From Christensenellales bacterium (lineage in GTDB: Bacteria; Bacillota; Clostridia; Christensenellales; Maliibacteriaceae): DNA of 30,087 nt. The DNA lies in assembly GCA_050944255.1 (NCBI GenBank), contig JBMNQS010000021.1, forward strand, positions 1-30,087, given 5' to 3'. The translations under genes and the position numbers were made by a program. Shown here piece after piece: positions 7,573-16,404 of this stretch (position 1 is the first letter of the stretch; each line of letters starts with the position of its first letter). Under the pieces are notes generated by a model. The model was not told the origin of the DNA. It worked only from the letters and a program-made list of their open reading frames with translations, and did not search any database.

Positions 7573-8049
7573 ATGAAAACTTCGAAAAAAATATGGACGA
7601 GGGCACTGCTGGGATTTCCCCTGGGCGTGTTCATCGCCGTGACCATCACGCTGGCCGTATCCGTCGGCATCGGCGACGGAACGTACCACCCGGTGGCGGA
7701 ACAACTGGTGCTCGATACGGGAAGCCAGCTTGCGGCCAGTATATGGCAGTATGCGTTTTCGGGCGTGTTCGGCGCCGTCTGCGGCGCGCTGTCGGTGGTC
7801 TGGGAGATGGAAAAATGGAGCCTTCTCAGGCAGACGGCGGTACACTTTATCGGCCTGACGGCCTGCGCGCTGCCGCTGGCCTACTATATGGGCTGGATGT
7901 CCCGCACGCCCGGCGGCGTGGCCTCATACACGCTGCTTTTCCTGGGGATTTACCTGGTGCTCTGGCTGGCGCTGTGCGCTGCGCTCAGACGGGACGTGAA
8001 GCGGATCAACAGGAAGATCAGCGCTATGAAGGGCCGCGGGGATCCGTGA
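7573..8049 (+). CDS. DUF3021-family small membrane protein (4 predicted TM segments), partner of the LytTR regulator
   Basis: Four hydrophobic segments. AGGAGG at 7559-7564 precedes the ATG at 7573, which lies 13 nt after the LytTR stop. LytTR+DUF3021 is a recurrent gene pair. Confidence 0.7.
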   Translation: MKTSKKIWTRALLGFPLGVFIAVTITLAVSVGIGDGTYHPVAEQLVLDTGSQLAASIWQYAFSGVFGAVCGALSVVWEMEKWSLLRQTAVHFIGLTACALPLAYYMGWMSRTPGGVASYTLLFLGIYLVLWLALCAALRRDVKRINRKISAMKGRGDP

Positions 8050-8148
8050 ACGTAAAGGCTGCGCAAAAGCGGGCCGAAGGTCGTCCTCTTTTTCAGGCGG
8101 CCTTTGGCCCCAGCAGGGAATAAGCGCGGGAAAGCCCCGCAAAATCCA

Positions 8149-8177
8149 TTGTATGAAAGCGGTTACAGTGCTATAAT
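8149..8177 (+). promoter_or_regulatory. SigmaA promoter TTGTAT-17-(TGc)TATAAT upstream of rluB
   Basis: -35 at 8149-8154, extended -10 tgctataat at 8169-8177. Confidence 0.6.
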
Positions 8178-8238
8178 AATCCGAAGAAAGCTGGGCTTTC
8201 CTGAAAATATCATCCGAAAGTCGGTGAATCCGTTGTCC

Positions 8239-8964
8239 ATGCGCATTCAGCGCTATATGTCCCAGTGCGCGGTGGCCTCGCGCCGCCGGGCCGAAGAAAT
8301 GATCAAACAGGGCCGCGTGTCGGTAAACGACCAGGTCGTCACGGCCATGGGTACCACCGTTGAGGGCGGCGACGTGGTGAAGGTGGACGGCAGGGTCATC
8401 CGGCCCATCCGCGAAAAAACCACCATCATCTACAACAAGCCCGCGGGCCTGGTCTGCAGCGTCAGCGACGAGAAGGGCCGCCAGACGGTGGTGGACGCGG
8501 TAAAGTCCTTGGGCCAGAGGGTCTATCCCGTGGGGAGGCTGGACATGTGGACCGAAGGCCTGCTTCTGATGACCAACGACGGCGAACTGGCGCTTTTGAT
8601 GACCCATCCCAGATACCATGTGACCAAAACTTACGTGGCCACGGTGAAGTCAAAGATATCCGACCGGGCCATCGCGAAACTTCGAAGCGGCGTGATGCTG
8701 GAGGACGGCATGACCCGCCCCGCCCGCGTGCGGCGGCTGCCGCCTGCCGAGGATGGGCGCCACAGAATCCAATTGCAGATCACCGAGGGCAGGAACCGGC
8801 AGGTGCGCAGAATGCTCGAAACGGTGGGCGCACCGGTACACCATCTGGTGCGCACGCACCTGGGCCCTCTGTCGCTGCAGGAGCTGCGCGTGGGCCAGTG
8901 GCGCAAACTGACGGAGGAAGAAACCGCTGTCCTGAAAAGATACAACGAGCAGTCCAGGTGGTGA
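8239..8964 (+). CDS. rluB: Pseudouridine synthase, RsuA/RluB family (S4 domain + catalytic domain)
   Basis: MRIQRYMSQCAVASRRRAEEMIKQGRVSVN (S4 domain); catalytic GRLDMWTEGLLLMTNDG; TEGRNRQVRRM motif. Confidence 0.9.
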   Translation: MRIQRYMSQCAVASRRRAEEMIKQGRVSVNDQVVTAMGTTVEGGDVVKVDGRVIRPIREKTTIIYNKPAGLVCSVSDEKGRQTVVDAVKSLGQRVYPVGRLDMWTEGLLLMTNDGELALLMTHPRYHVTKTYVATVKSKISDRAIAKLRSGVMLEDGMTRPARVRRLPPAEDGRHRIQLQITEGRNRQVRRMLETVGAPVHHLVRTHLGPLSLQELRVGQWRKLTEEETAVLKRYNEQSRW

Positions 8965-9038
8965 AAATTTGATTTTTTTACCGGTGATGGTGCAGGATAA
9001 AGGTAAATGATGTCGAATAAGTTAAGTGGAGGAAATTT

Positions 9039-9072
9039 GGATTTTCTCACAGGCCGTGAGAAATTCCTTTTT
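9039..9072 (+). terminator. Rho-independent terminator after rluB
   Basis: ggattttctcac (9039-9050) pairs with gtgagaaattcc (9056-9067) with one mismatch, followed by ttttt. Confidence 0.65.
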
Positions 9073-9117
9073 ATAAAAGTCTATCCCTAAGAGAAGGTTG
9101 GAGGTGAGCCAGAAAAT

Positions 9118-9534
9118 ATGTTACAAACGATCCTGAGCGGACTTTGGGTGATGTTGATCGGCATGGGCGTGGTGTTCGCCGTGCTGATTATTCTTGTCTA
9201 CCAGGTAAAGGCTATGAGCGCCATCGTAAAGAGGATGGAAAAGAATCAGCAGCCGCAAACCCCGGTACATGCCGCAGTACCCGCAGCGCCGGTTGCATCG
9301 GTTTCCTCAGCACCGGGCGCATCGACAGCAGACCTCACGCCCCAAGCTGTGGCGGCCGTCACCGCAACGCTGGCAGCAGCGCTGAATAAAGACGCCGGAC
9401 AACTCGTTATCCGGGACATCAGAAAAGTAGGAGACCTCGCGCCCCAAGCCGTGGCGGCCATTACCGCGACGCTGGCAACGGCGCTGAATAAGGATGCCGG
9501 ACAACTCGTTATCCGGGATATCAAAAGAGCGTGA
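9118..9534 (+). CDS. oadG: Na+-translocating decarboxylase gamma subunit (OadG family) with a duplicated C-terminal module
   Basis: N-terminal TM helix LWVMLIGMGVVFAVLIILVYQV is typical of OadG, followed by a Pro/Ala linker. It is the first gene of the decarboxylase operon. Confidence 0.8.
   Translation: MLQTILSGLWVMLIGMGVVFAVLIILVYQVKAMSAIVKRMEKNQQPQTPVHAAVPAAPVASVSSAPGASTADLTPQAVAAVTATLAAALNKDAGQLVIRDIRKVGDLAPQAVAAITATLATALNKDAGQLVIRDIKRA
9331..9531 (+). repeat. Tandem 102-bp (34-codon) in-frame duplication inside oadG
   Basis: DLTPQAVAAVTATLAAALNKDAGQLVIRDIRKVG (9331-9432) versus DLAPQAVAAITATLATALNKDAGQLVIRDIKRA (9433-9531). Most nucleotides are identical. Confidence 0.9.
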
Positions 9535-9586
9535 CCCCAAAACCTGTCCAGATACGAACTTACAAGAATAGGGAGAATAAAATACC

Positions 9587-9943
9587 ATGAGTAAATTTTT
9601 GATTACCGTCAACGGCACGCAATATGAAGTGGAAGTCAGCGAAGCGGGAGCCTCCGCACCGGTAGTGGCCGCGCCTGTGGCACCCGCGCCCGCAGCCCCC
9701 GCGCCTGTCACGCCTGCAGCGCCCGCCGCAGGCGGAGAAGCCGTCGAATGCCCCATGCCCGGCACAATTATAAGCGTGAACGTGCAGAATGGGCAGAGCA
9801 TCAAAAGGGGCGACCTGGTCTGCATCCTGGAAGCCATGAAAATGGAAAATGAAATCCTTTCGCCCGTTGACGGCGTGGTTTCCTCCGTGATCGCACCGGG
9901 CACGGCGGTCAATACCGGTGATATCATCGCCGTAATTTCTTGA
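9587..9943 (+). CDS. Biotin carboxyl carrier protein (stand-alone biotinyl/lipoyl domain with Ala-Pro linker)
   Basis: EAMKMENEI biotinylation motif, APVVAAPVAPAPAAPAPVTPAAPAAG linker, 118 aa. Confidence 0.9.
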   Translation: MSKFLITVNGTQYEVEVSEAGASAPVVAAPVAPAPAAPAPVTPAAPAAGGEAVECPMPGTIISVNVQNGQSIKRGDLVCILEAMKMENEILSPVDGVVSSVIAPGTAVNTGDIIAVIS

Positions 9944-9979
9944 CGTGCCGGGTCTTTGGGTTACTGAAAGAGTAGAATT

Positions 9980-11122
9980 ATGAATATATCTTATTCGTTC
10001 GCCGATTTTTTCGAACAGACCGGTTTTGCCGCCATGACGTGGCAGCAGCTTGTGATGATGGCGGCAGCCTGCGTACTGATCTACCTGGCCATCGTCAAGC
10101 AGTATGAGCCGCTGGTGCTTCTGCCCATTGCCTTTGGCATGCTGCTGGCCAATCTACCCATGGCGGGCCTCATGTCGCCTCCGACGGCGGAAAACAACAA
10201 CGTCGGCGGCCTGCTGTACTATCTGTATCAGGGCGTGAAGCTGGGCATCTATCCGCCGCTGATCTTCCTTGGCATCGGCTGCATGACAGACTTTGGCCTG
10301 CTGATCGCCTCGCCGCGCAGCCTGCTACTGGGCGCGGCCGCGCAGTTTGGCATCTACATCGCCTTCATAGGCGCGCTGCTCTTAGGCTTTTCGCCCCAGG
10401 CGGCCGCTTCCATCGGCATCATAGGCGGCGCCGACGGCCCCACGGCCATCTATACCGCCACCAAGCTCTACCCGCAGCTTTTAGGCCCCATCGCCGTGGC
10501 GGCGTACTCCTACATGGCGCTGGTGCCCATCATACAGCCGCCCATCATGCGCGCCCTGACCACGAAAAAGGAACGCATGGTGCGCATGCAGACGCTGCGA
10601 CCGGTTTCCAGGAAGGAAAAGATTCTCTTTCCCATTACCGTAACCATCATGGTTTCGTTCATCATCCCTTCGGCGGCGCCCCTTGTGGGCATGCTGATGC
10701 TAGGCAACCTGCTGCGCGAATGCGGCGTGGTGGAGCGCCTGAGCAATACCGCGCAGAATGCGCTGCTGAATATCGTGACCATTTTCCTTGGCCTCACGGT
10801 GGGCGCCACGGCCAGCGGGGAGACGTTCCTTCAGCTACAGACCATCTTCATCGTTCTCCTTGGCCTGATTGCCTTTGCCGGCGGCACCGCCGGCGGCGTG
10901 CTGCTTGGAAAACTGATGTGTAAACTCACAGGCGGCAAGGTCAATCCCCTGATCGGCTCCGCAGGCGTATCGGCCGTGCCCATGGCCGCGCGCGTCTCGC
11001 AGATAGTGGGCCAGAAGGAGGACCCAGGCAATTTCCTCTTGATGCACGCCATGGGCCCCAATGTGGCGGGCGTCATCGGCTCGGCGGTTGCCGCCGGCGT
11101 GTTCCTTTCACTCTTCGGCTGA
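9980..11122 (+). CDS. oadB: Na+-translocating decarboxylase beta subunit (OadB/GcdB/MmdB family)
   Basis: Polytopic membrane protein of 380 aa. It has the family-typical segments [19 protein letters not shown] and [17 protein letters not shown]. Confidence 0.9.
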   Translation: MNISYSFADFFEQTGFAAMTWQQLVMMAAACVLIYLAIVKQYEPLVLLPIAFGMLLANLPMAGLMSPPTAENNNVGGLLYYLYQGVKLGIYPPLIFLGIGCMTDFGLLIASPRSLLLGAAAQFGIYIAFIGALLLGFSPQAAASIGIIGGADGPTAIYTATKLYPQLLGPIAVAAYSYMALVPIIQPPIMRALTTKKERMVRMQTLRPVSRKEKILFPITVTIMVSFIIPSAAPLVGMLMLGNLLRECGVVERLSNTAQNALLNIVTIFLGLTVGATASGETFLQLQTIFIVLLGLIAFAGGTAGGVLLGKLMCKLTGGKVNPLIGSAGVSAVPMAARVSQIVGQKEDPGNFLLMHAMGPNVAGVIGSAVAAGVFLSLFG

Positions 11123-11163
11123 TACAATGAACCCATTCAAAATGATAAGAAGGAGGCATTTAT

Positions 11164-12633
11164 ATGGCGCATAAAGTGCTTATAACAGATACAATCCTGC
11201 GTGACGCGCACCAGAGCCAGGCGGCCACGCGCATGAGAACCGACGAAATGCTGCCCGGCTGCGAGTTGCTGGACAAAGTAGGTTATTATTCCCTGGAGGT
11301 GTGGGGCGGAGCCACGTTTGATTCTTGCCTGCGCTTCCTCAATGAGGATCCCTGGGACCGATTGCGAAAGCTCCGCGCGACGCTGCCCAATACGAAACTG
11401 AACATGCTGCTGCGCGGCCAGAATATCCTGGGCTACAAGCACTACGCCGACGACGTGGTGGACGCCTTCGTGGCCGCCGCCATCAAAAACGGCATTGACA
11501 TCGTACGCATATTCGACGCGCTCAACGATCTGCGCAACATGCAGACCGCCATTAAAGCCGTCAAGAAATACGGTGGGCATGCCCAGGTGGCCCTCGCCTA
11601 CACCATCAGCCCCGTGCACACACAGGACTACTGGGTGGACTTCGCCGTGAAGCTCGAGGAAGTGGGCGCCGATTCCATCTGCATCAAGGATATGGCCAAT
11701 CTGCTTTTGCCCTATGAGGCGTACGATCTGGTCAAGCGCATCAAAGAGAAGGTAAGCATTCCTCTGGAACTGCATACCCACAACACCACCGGTACCGGTG
11801 ATATGACCTATCTCAAGGGTATTGAAGCCGGCGCGGACATCGTGGATACGGCCCTTTCGCCCCTTGGCAACGGTACGGCCCAGCCGGCCACCGAGCCCCT
11901 TGTGGCCACGCTCAGCGGCACCGAGTATGACACGGGCCTTGACCTGGAGACGCTCTCTGAGGCGGCTATGTATTTCCGCACCGTGGCCGACCGACTGACC
12001 CGGGACGGGTTCCTTGATCCGCAGGTGCTTCGCGTTGACGCCAATACGCTGCTTTACCAGATCCCCGGCGGCATGCTGTCCAATTTGATCTCCCAGCTTA
12101 AAGAGCAGGGGCAGGAATCTAAACTGCTGGATGTGCTGCAGGAAGTGCCCAGGGTCCGCGAGGACTTCGGCTATCCGCCGCTGGTGACGCCCACCAGCCA
12201 GATTGTCGGCACCCAGGCGGTGTTCAACGTGCTGGCAGGCGAGCGCTATAAGATGGTGACCAAGGAATCCCGCGCGCTATTGCGCGGCGAGTACGGCCAA
12301 TTGCCCGGCGAGGTCAACGAGGAGGTCCGCAAGCTGTGCATCGGCGACGCTCCGGTGATCACCCACCGCCCGGCGGACGACATAGAGCCGGAGATGGAAA
12401 AATACCGCGAGGAAATCCGCGATTACATCCAGCAGGACGAGGATGTGCTTTCCTACGCGCTGTTCCCGCAGGTGGCGCTGAAATTCTTCCAGGCCAGGGC
12501 CGAAGGCAAGTTCGTGCCCGAGGAGACGCCGGCAGAAAAGAAAGCCAAGGCAGCCGCCAAGGAAGCGGCCGCCAAGGAAACGGTCAGCGCAGGCGATGTC
12601 CGCTATGTGGTGGATTTCAGGCAGATCGGTTAA
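11164..12633 (+). CDS. oadA: Oxaloacetate decarboxylase alpha subunit, carboxyltransferase only (HMGL-like + PYC_OADA, no fused biotinyl domain)
   Basis: ITDTILRDAHQS, GGATFD, LLRGQN.LGY, ICIKDMA and HTHNTTG motifs of 5S-type carboxyltransferases. No AMKM motif. AAGGAGG RBS at 11150-11156. Confidence 0.9.
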   Translation: MAHKVLITDTILRDAHQSQAATRMRTDEMLPGCELLDKVGYYSLEVWGGATFDSCLRFLNEDPWDRLRKLRATLPNTKLNMLLRGQNILGYKHYADDVVDAFVAAAIKNGIDIVRIFDALNDLRNMQTAIKAVKKYGGHAQVALAYTISPVHTQDYWVDFAVKLEEVGADSICIKDMANLLLPYEAYDLVKRIKEKVSIPLELHTHNTTGTGDMTYLKGIEAGADIVDTALSPLGNGTAQPATEPLVATLSGTEYDTGLDLETLSEAAMYFRTVADRLTRDGFLDPQVLRVDANTLLYQIPGGMLSNLISQLKEQGQESKLLDVLQEVPRVREDFGYPPLVTPTSQIVGTQAVFNVLAGERYKMVTKESRALLRGEYGQLPGEVNEEVRKLCIGDAPVITHRPADDIEPEMEKYREEIRDYIQQDEDVLSYALFPQVALKFFQARAEGKFVPEETPAEKKAKAAAKEAAAKETVSAGDVRYVVDFRQIG

Positions 12634-12675
12634 ACGATGGACCGGGAACACGGTTTCCGCAACAAAATACGGCAT

Positions 12676-12708
12676 ACAAGGGAGCGGTTTTCCGCTTCCT
12701 TGTATTTG
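12676..12708 (+). terminator. Terminator after the decarboxylase operon
   Basis: acaagggagcgg (12676-12687), loop tttt, ccgcttccttgt (12692-12703), then attt. Confidence 0.6.
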
Positions 12709-12761
12709 CTGTTAAGAACAGCCGGGCTGCAGGGATTCTGAAAGCAAACTTGCAGAAATGG

Positions 12762-12790
12762 CTGACAAAAATTTCCCGATGGTGTATAAT
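12762..12790 (+). promoter_or_regulatory. SigmaA promoter CTGACA-17-TATAAT upstream of surE
   Basis: -35 at 12762-12767, -10 at 12785-12790. Confidence 0.55.
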
Positions 12791-12842
12791 AAGTACAAAA
12801 TTGCAAAATACTTCACCGGAAAATTCATTTTGGAGGTTAATT

Positions 12843-13601
12843 TTGCGTATTCTACTGAGCAATGACGACGGCATATTCTCAGACGGTATCCAGGCGCTGG
12901 CGCAGGTGATCAAGCGCGACCACGAAATCGTGCTGGTGGCGCCGGACAAAGAGCGCAGCGCCGCCAGTCAAAGCATTACCATGAGAAAACCGCTCTCGGC
13001 TTCCCGGGAGCATTTCGACGCCCTCAAAGGCGTCACCTGCTACGCCGTAAGCGGCACCCCCGCCGACTGCGTCAAGCTGGGGCTGCTGCACATCAAGGAA
13101 GGGCCCTTCGACGCGGTGATCACCGGCATCAATCACGGGCAGAATATGGGTACAGACATCCTTTACTCCGGTACGGTGGGCGCGGCGATGGAAGCCTGCA
13201 TACAAGGCTATCCCGCCATGGCGGTCTCGCTGCTGTCCCGAAAGGGCACCTTCGACGACTTTCTGGCGGCGGCCACCCTGGCCAAAGAAGTAATCGATTC
13301 GGGGGCCGTGACGGGCCTTCCCAAATTCACCATGCTGAATATGAACGTGCCCATCGGCGCTGCCGAAATACGCTGGGCCAGGCAGGGATTCACCCGCTTT
13401 GACGAGCATTACGAAGTTACCGACGACGGTTTCATCCAGCTTACCGGCAAGGGATTTGTGGAAATCAAGCAGGCCCACCCGGATACGGATGTGGACCTGC
13501 TGCGCGCGGGCTACGCATCCATTACGCCGCTGACATACAATATGACCGATACAAAATCACTTAAAGCCATGAAAGAGAGGTTTCCCTCCTTCAACGGCTG
13601 A
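12843..13601 (+). CDS. surE: 5'/3'-nucleotidase SurE
   Basis: (M)RILLSNDDGIFSDGIQAL...GTPADCV...GINHGQNMGTDILYSGTVGAAMEA are SurE signatures. The TTG at 12843 lies 6 nt after GGAGG (12832-12836). The ORF-track start at 12336 is an out-of-gene extension overlapping oadA. Confidence 0.9.
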   Translation: MRILLSNDDGIFSDGIQALAQVIKRDHEIVLVAPDKERSAASQSITMRKPLSASREHFDALKGVTCYAVSGTPADCVKLGLLHIKEGPFDAVITGINHGQNMGTDILYSGTVGAAMEACIQGYPAMAVSLLSRKGTFDDFLAAATLAKEVIDSGAVTGLPKFTMLNMNVPIGAAEIRWARQGFTRFDEHYEVTDDGFIQLTGKGFVEIKQAHPDTDVDLLRAGYASITPLTYNMTDTKSLKAMKERFPSFNG

Positions 13602-13613
13602 CGGGAGCGTTTT

Positions 13614-14474
13614 ATGAAAGATGATTTGATCCAGCGCATCAATGCCCGCTACGGCGCCATGAGCAAGGGGCAAAAACGTATCGCCGACTACATCCGGGAC
13701 CATTACGACAAGGCCGTATTCATGACGGCGGCGCGTATGGCCCGGCAGATTGACGTATCCGAATCCACGGTGGTCCGCTTCGCAACCAGCCTTGGCTATG
13801 ACGGCTACCCGCAGATGCAGCGAGCCCTGCAGGAGATGCTCCGCACCCGCATGACCAGTGTGCAGCGCATTGAAATGTCCAGCGAGATCCCCCAGGAGCA
13901 GGTGCTCTCTTCAGTGCTGAAGGCCGATATCCAGAACATCCGCAACACGCTGGACAAGGTCGATCCCGATGTGTTCGAACGCGTGGTGCAGGGTATCCTC
14001 AGCGCCCGCAGGATTTATATCATGGGCATGAGAAGCTCCGCGCCGCTGGCCCAGTTCCTGGGCTACTACCTGAACTTCATCTTCCCGGACGTGCATATTG
14101 TCACGGGCACCGTGGGGCATGTGTACGAGGAACTGGTGCGCATAACCCCCCGGGACTGGCTGTTTGCCATCAGCCTTCCGCGCTACAGCGCCCGTACGGT
14201 GGACGGCGCGGTGTACGCCAAGGAGCACGGAGCCAAGGTGGTGGCCCTGACCGACAGCCCGTTCTCACCGCTGGGACAGGTGGCCGACTACAATCTTATA
14301 GGAGCCAGCGATATGGCGTTTTTCGCCGACTCGCTAGTGGCGCCGCTGTCGGTGATCAATGCGCTGATCATCTCCATCGGCCTTCGAAAGAAGGAGGAAA
14401 TCTCCGAGTACCTCAATCACCTTGAGGGCATCTGGGACGTGGCGCAAACCTATACGGGAAAGGAAAATACCTGA
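13614..14474 (+). CDS. MurR/RpiR family transcriptional regulator (HTH_6 + SIS domain)
   Basis: N-terminal ...MSKGQKRIADYIRDHYDKAVFMTAARMARQIDVSESTVVRFATSLGYDGYPQMQ is the RpiR HTH. The C-terminal SIS-like part has IYIMGMRSS...VVALTDS. Confidence 0.88.
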   Translation: MKDDLIQRINARYGAMSKGQKRIADYIRDHYDKAVFMTAARMARQIDVSESTVVRFATSLGYDGYPQMQRALQEMLRTRMTSVQRIEMSSEIPQEQVLSSVLKADIQNIRNTLDKVDPDVFERVVQGILSARRIYIMGMRSSAPLAQFLGYYLNFIFPDVHIVTGTVGHVYEELVRITPRDWLFAISLPRYSARTVDGAVYAKEHGAKVVALTDSPFSPLGQVADYNLIGASDMAFFADSLVAPLSVINALIISIGLRKKEEISEYLNHLEGIWDVAQTYTGKENT

Positions 14475-14479
14475 AAGTC

Positions 14480-15736
14480 ATGAACCGCGTCATCGTAGTG
14501 GGCGGCGGGCCGGCGGGAATGATGGCCGCCGTCTGCGCTGCCGAAGCCGGAGCCGAAGTCTCTCTTTACGAAAAAAATGAAAAGCTGGGCAAGAAACTGT
14601 ACCTGACCGGAAAGGGCCGGTGCAATCTGACGAACGATTGCGATACCGACGCGTTTTTGAGCGCTGTGGTTCGCAATCGTCGTTTTCTCTACTCCGCTTT
14701 CGCCCATTTTACCAACAGGGACCTCATGCGCTTTTTTGAAGAGGCCGGCCTGCCGCTGAAAGTGGAGCGCGGCGGACGGGTCTTTCCCGCAAGCGACCGG
14801 TCCTCGGACGTGATCCGTACCCTGGAGCGCATTTTATCGGCAAAAAACGTCAAAATTTGTTTGAATGAAAGCGTCCGATCCATTATGATAGAACAGGGTA
14901 TATGTGCCGGGGTCAAAACCGGCGGCGGCCCGCGTAGCGCCGATGCGGTGATTCTCTGCACCGGAGGGCTGGCCTACCCGCAGACCGGCTCCACCGGAGA
15001 CGGGTACGCCCTGGCCAAAGACGCAGGCGGCCACCTGGTCATCGAGACGAAACCGTCTCTGGTGCCGTACCTGACCGGGGACGGCTGGACGGGGGAGCTT
15101 GCGGGGCTTTCCTTAAAGAATGTGCGCCTGGAGGCGCGCCGCGGGAAAAAGACGCTCTTTAGCGAAATGGGGGAGATGCTCTTTACCCATACGGGCATTT
15201 CCGGGCCGCTGACGCTCTCCATGAGCGCGTATCTGACGGATGTGGAGACGGAAAACGTCCGGTGCCATATCGATCTGAAGCCGGCGCTGGAGGAAAAGAC
15301 GCTGGACGAGCGGATACTGCGGGAGATCGACGCCGCGCCAAGAAAGCATTTTGCCCACGTCTTAAACACGCTTTTGCCCAGGCTGCTGGTACTGGTGATG
15401 GCCCGGCTTTGCGAAACAGACCCGGACATGCCGTCCCACGGCGTCACCAGGGCGCAGCGGCAGAGCCTGGCGCGGATGCTCAAGGCCATGCCGGTAACGC
15501 TGCTTGGCCCCGCCGGCTACGATGAGGCCATCATCACCCGCGGCGGCATCGACGTGAAGGACATCGATCCGGGAACCATGCGGTCCAAAAAGCTACCGGG
15601 ACTGTATTTTGCCGGGGAGCTGATGGACCTGGACGCGCTGACCGGCGGGTTTAATCTTCAGATCGCGTTTTCCACCGGCGCCCAGGCGGGAAGAAGTGCC
15701 GCGGCGCAGCAGGCATACACACGGGAGGAACGGTAA
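14480..15736 (+). CDS. HI0933/BaiN-family FAD-dependent oxidoreductase (NAD(P)/FAD-binding)
   Basis: VIVVGGGPAGMMAA dinucleotide-binding motif, GKGRCNLTN, TGGLAYPQTGSTGDGY and ITRGGI...LYFAGELMDLDALTGGFNLQ are typical of this family. Confidence 0.88.
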   Translation: MNRVIVVGGGPAGMMAAVCAAEAGAEVSLYEKNEKLGKKLYLTGKGRCNLTNDCDTDAFLSAVVRNRRFLYSAFAHFTNRDLMRFFEEAGLPLKVERGGRVFPASDRSSDVIRTLERILSAKNVKICLNESVRSIMIEQGICAGVKTGGGPRSADAVILCTGGLAYPQTGSTGDGYALAKDAGGHLVIETKPSLVPYLTGDGWTGELAGLSLKNVRLEARRGKKTLFSEMGEMLFTHTGISGPLTLSMSAYLTDVETENVRCHIDLKPALEEKTLDERILREIDAAPRKHFAHVLNTLLPRLLVLVMARLCETDPDMPSHGVTRAQRQSLARMLKAMPVTLLGPAGYDEAIITRGGIDVKDIDPGTMRSKKLPGLYFAGELMDLDALTGGFNLQIAFSTGAQAGRSAAAQQAYTREER

Positions 15737-16399
15737 ATGGCTGTACAGATTGCAATCGACGGGCCGTCGGGGGCGGGCAAGTCCACACTGGCCAGGGCGG
15801 TGGCCCGGGCGCTGGGGTTCATCTACCTGGATACGGGGGCCATGTACCGCGCCATAGGCCTCAAGGCGCTGAAAATGGGCATCGAGCCCGGCGACGCCGA
15901 AAAGGTCGTCCCCATGCTGCCGGATACGGACATTCAAATCACCTACGTGGACGGCGAGCAGAAGATTTTCCTGGACGGGGAGGATGTGACCGGCCCGATC
16001 CGCGACAATGAGGTGTCCAAGGCGGCCTCGGACGTATCGGCGATTCCCCAGGTGCGCATCAAGCTGGTGCAATTGCAGCGCGAAATCGCAAAGAGCGGCA
16101 ATGTGGTGCTGGACGGCCGGGATATCGGCACCTACGTGCTGCCGGATGCCCGGTTCAAGTTCTACCTCACCGCCTCCAGCCGCGAGAGGGCAAGGCGCCG
16201 CACCCTGGAGCTTCTGCAAAAGGGGGATGAAGCGGACTTTGAGACGATCCACCGTCAGATTATCCAGCGCGACCACGCGGACTCCACCAGGGAGTTTGCT
16301 CCCCTTAGAAAGGCGGAGGACGCCATAGAGATCGATTCCACGCAAAACACCATCGAGGAAGTGCTCGAGCTGGTGATTAAAACGGTCAAAGGAGCCTGA
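15737..16399 (+). CDS. cmk: Cytidylate kinase
   Basis: IAIDGPSGAGKST P-loop, YLDTGAMYRA, GRDIGTYVLPDA. Confidence 0.93.
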   Translation: MAVQIAIDGPSGAGKSTLARAVARALGFIYLDTGAMYRAIGLKALKMGIEPGDAEKVVPMLPDTDIQITYVDGEQKIFLDGEDVTGPIRDNEVSKAASDVSAIPQVRIKLVQLQREIAKSGNVVLDGRDIGTYVLPDARFKFYLTASSRERARRRTLELLQKGDEADFETIHRQIIQRDHADSTREFAPLRKAEDAIEIDSTQNTIEEVLELVIKTVKGA

Positions 16400-16404
16400 C
16401 ACCC

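Noticed and set aside
6820-7845. 341-aa minus-strand ORF opposite the LytTR/DUF3021 pair
   Set aside because: It spans a terminator and two well-supported plus-strand genes. It is Arg/His/Pro-rich with no RBS.
9037-9090. 17-codon mini-ORF (TTG start after GGAGG) upstream of the decarboxylase operon as a possible leader peptide
   Set aside because: It coincides with the rluB terminator hairpin. It has a TTG start with only 4-nt spacing and no regulatory codon pattern, so it is most likely chance.
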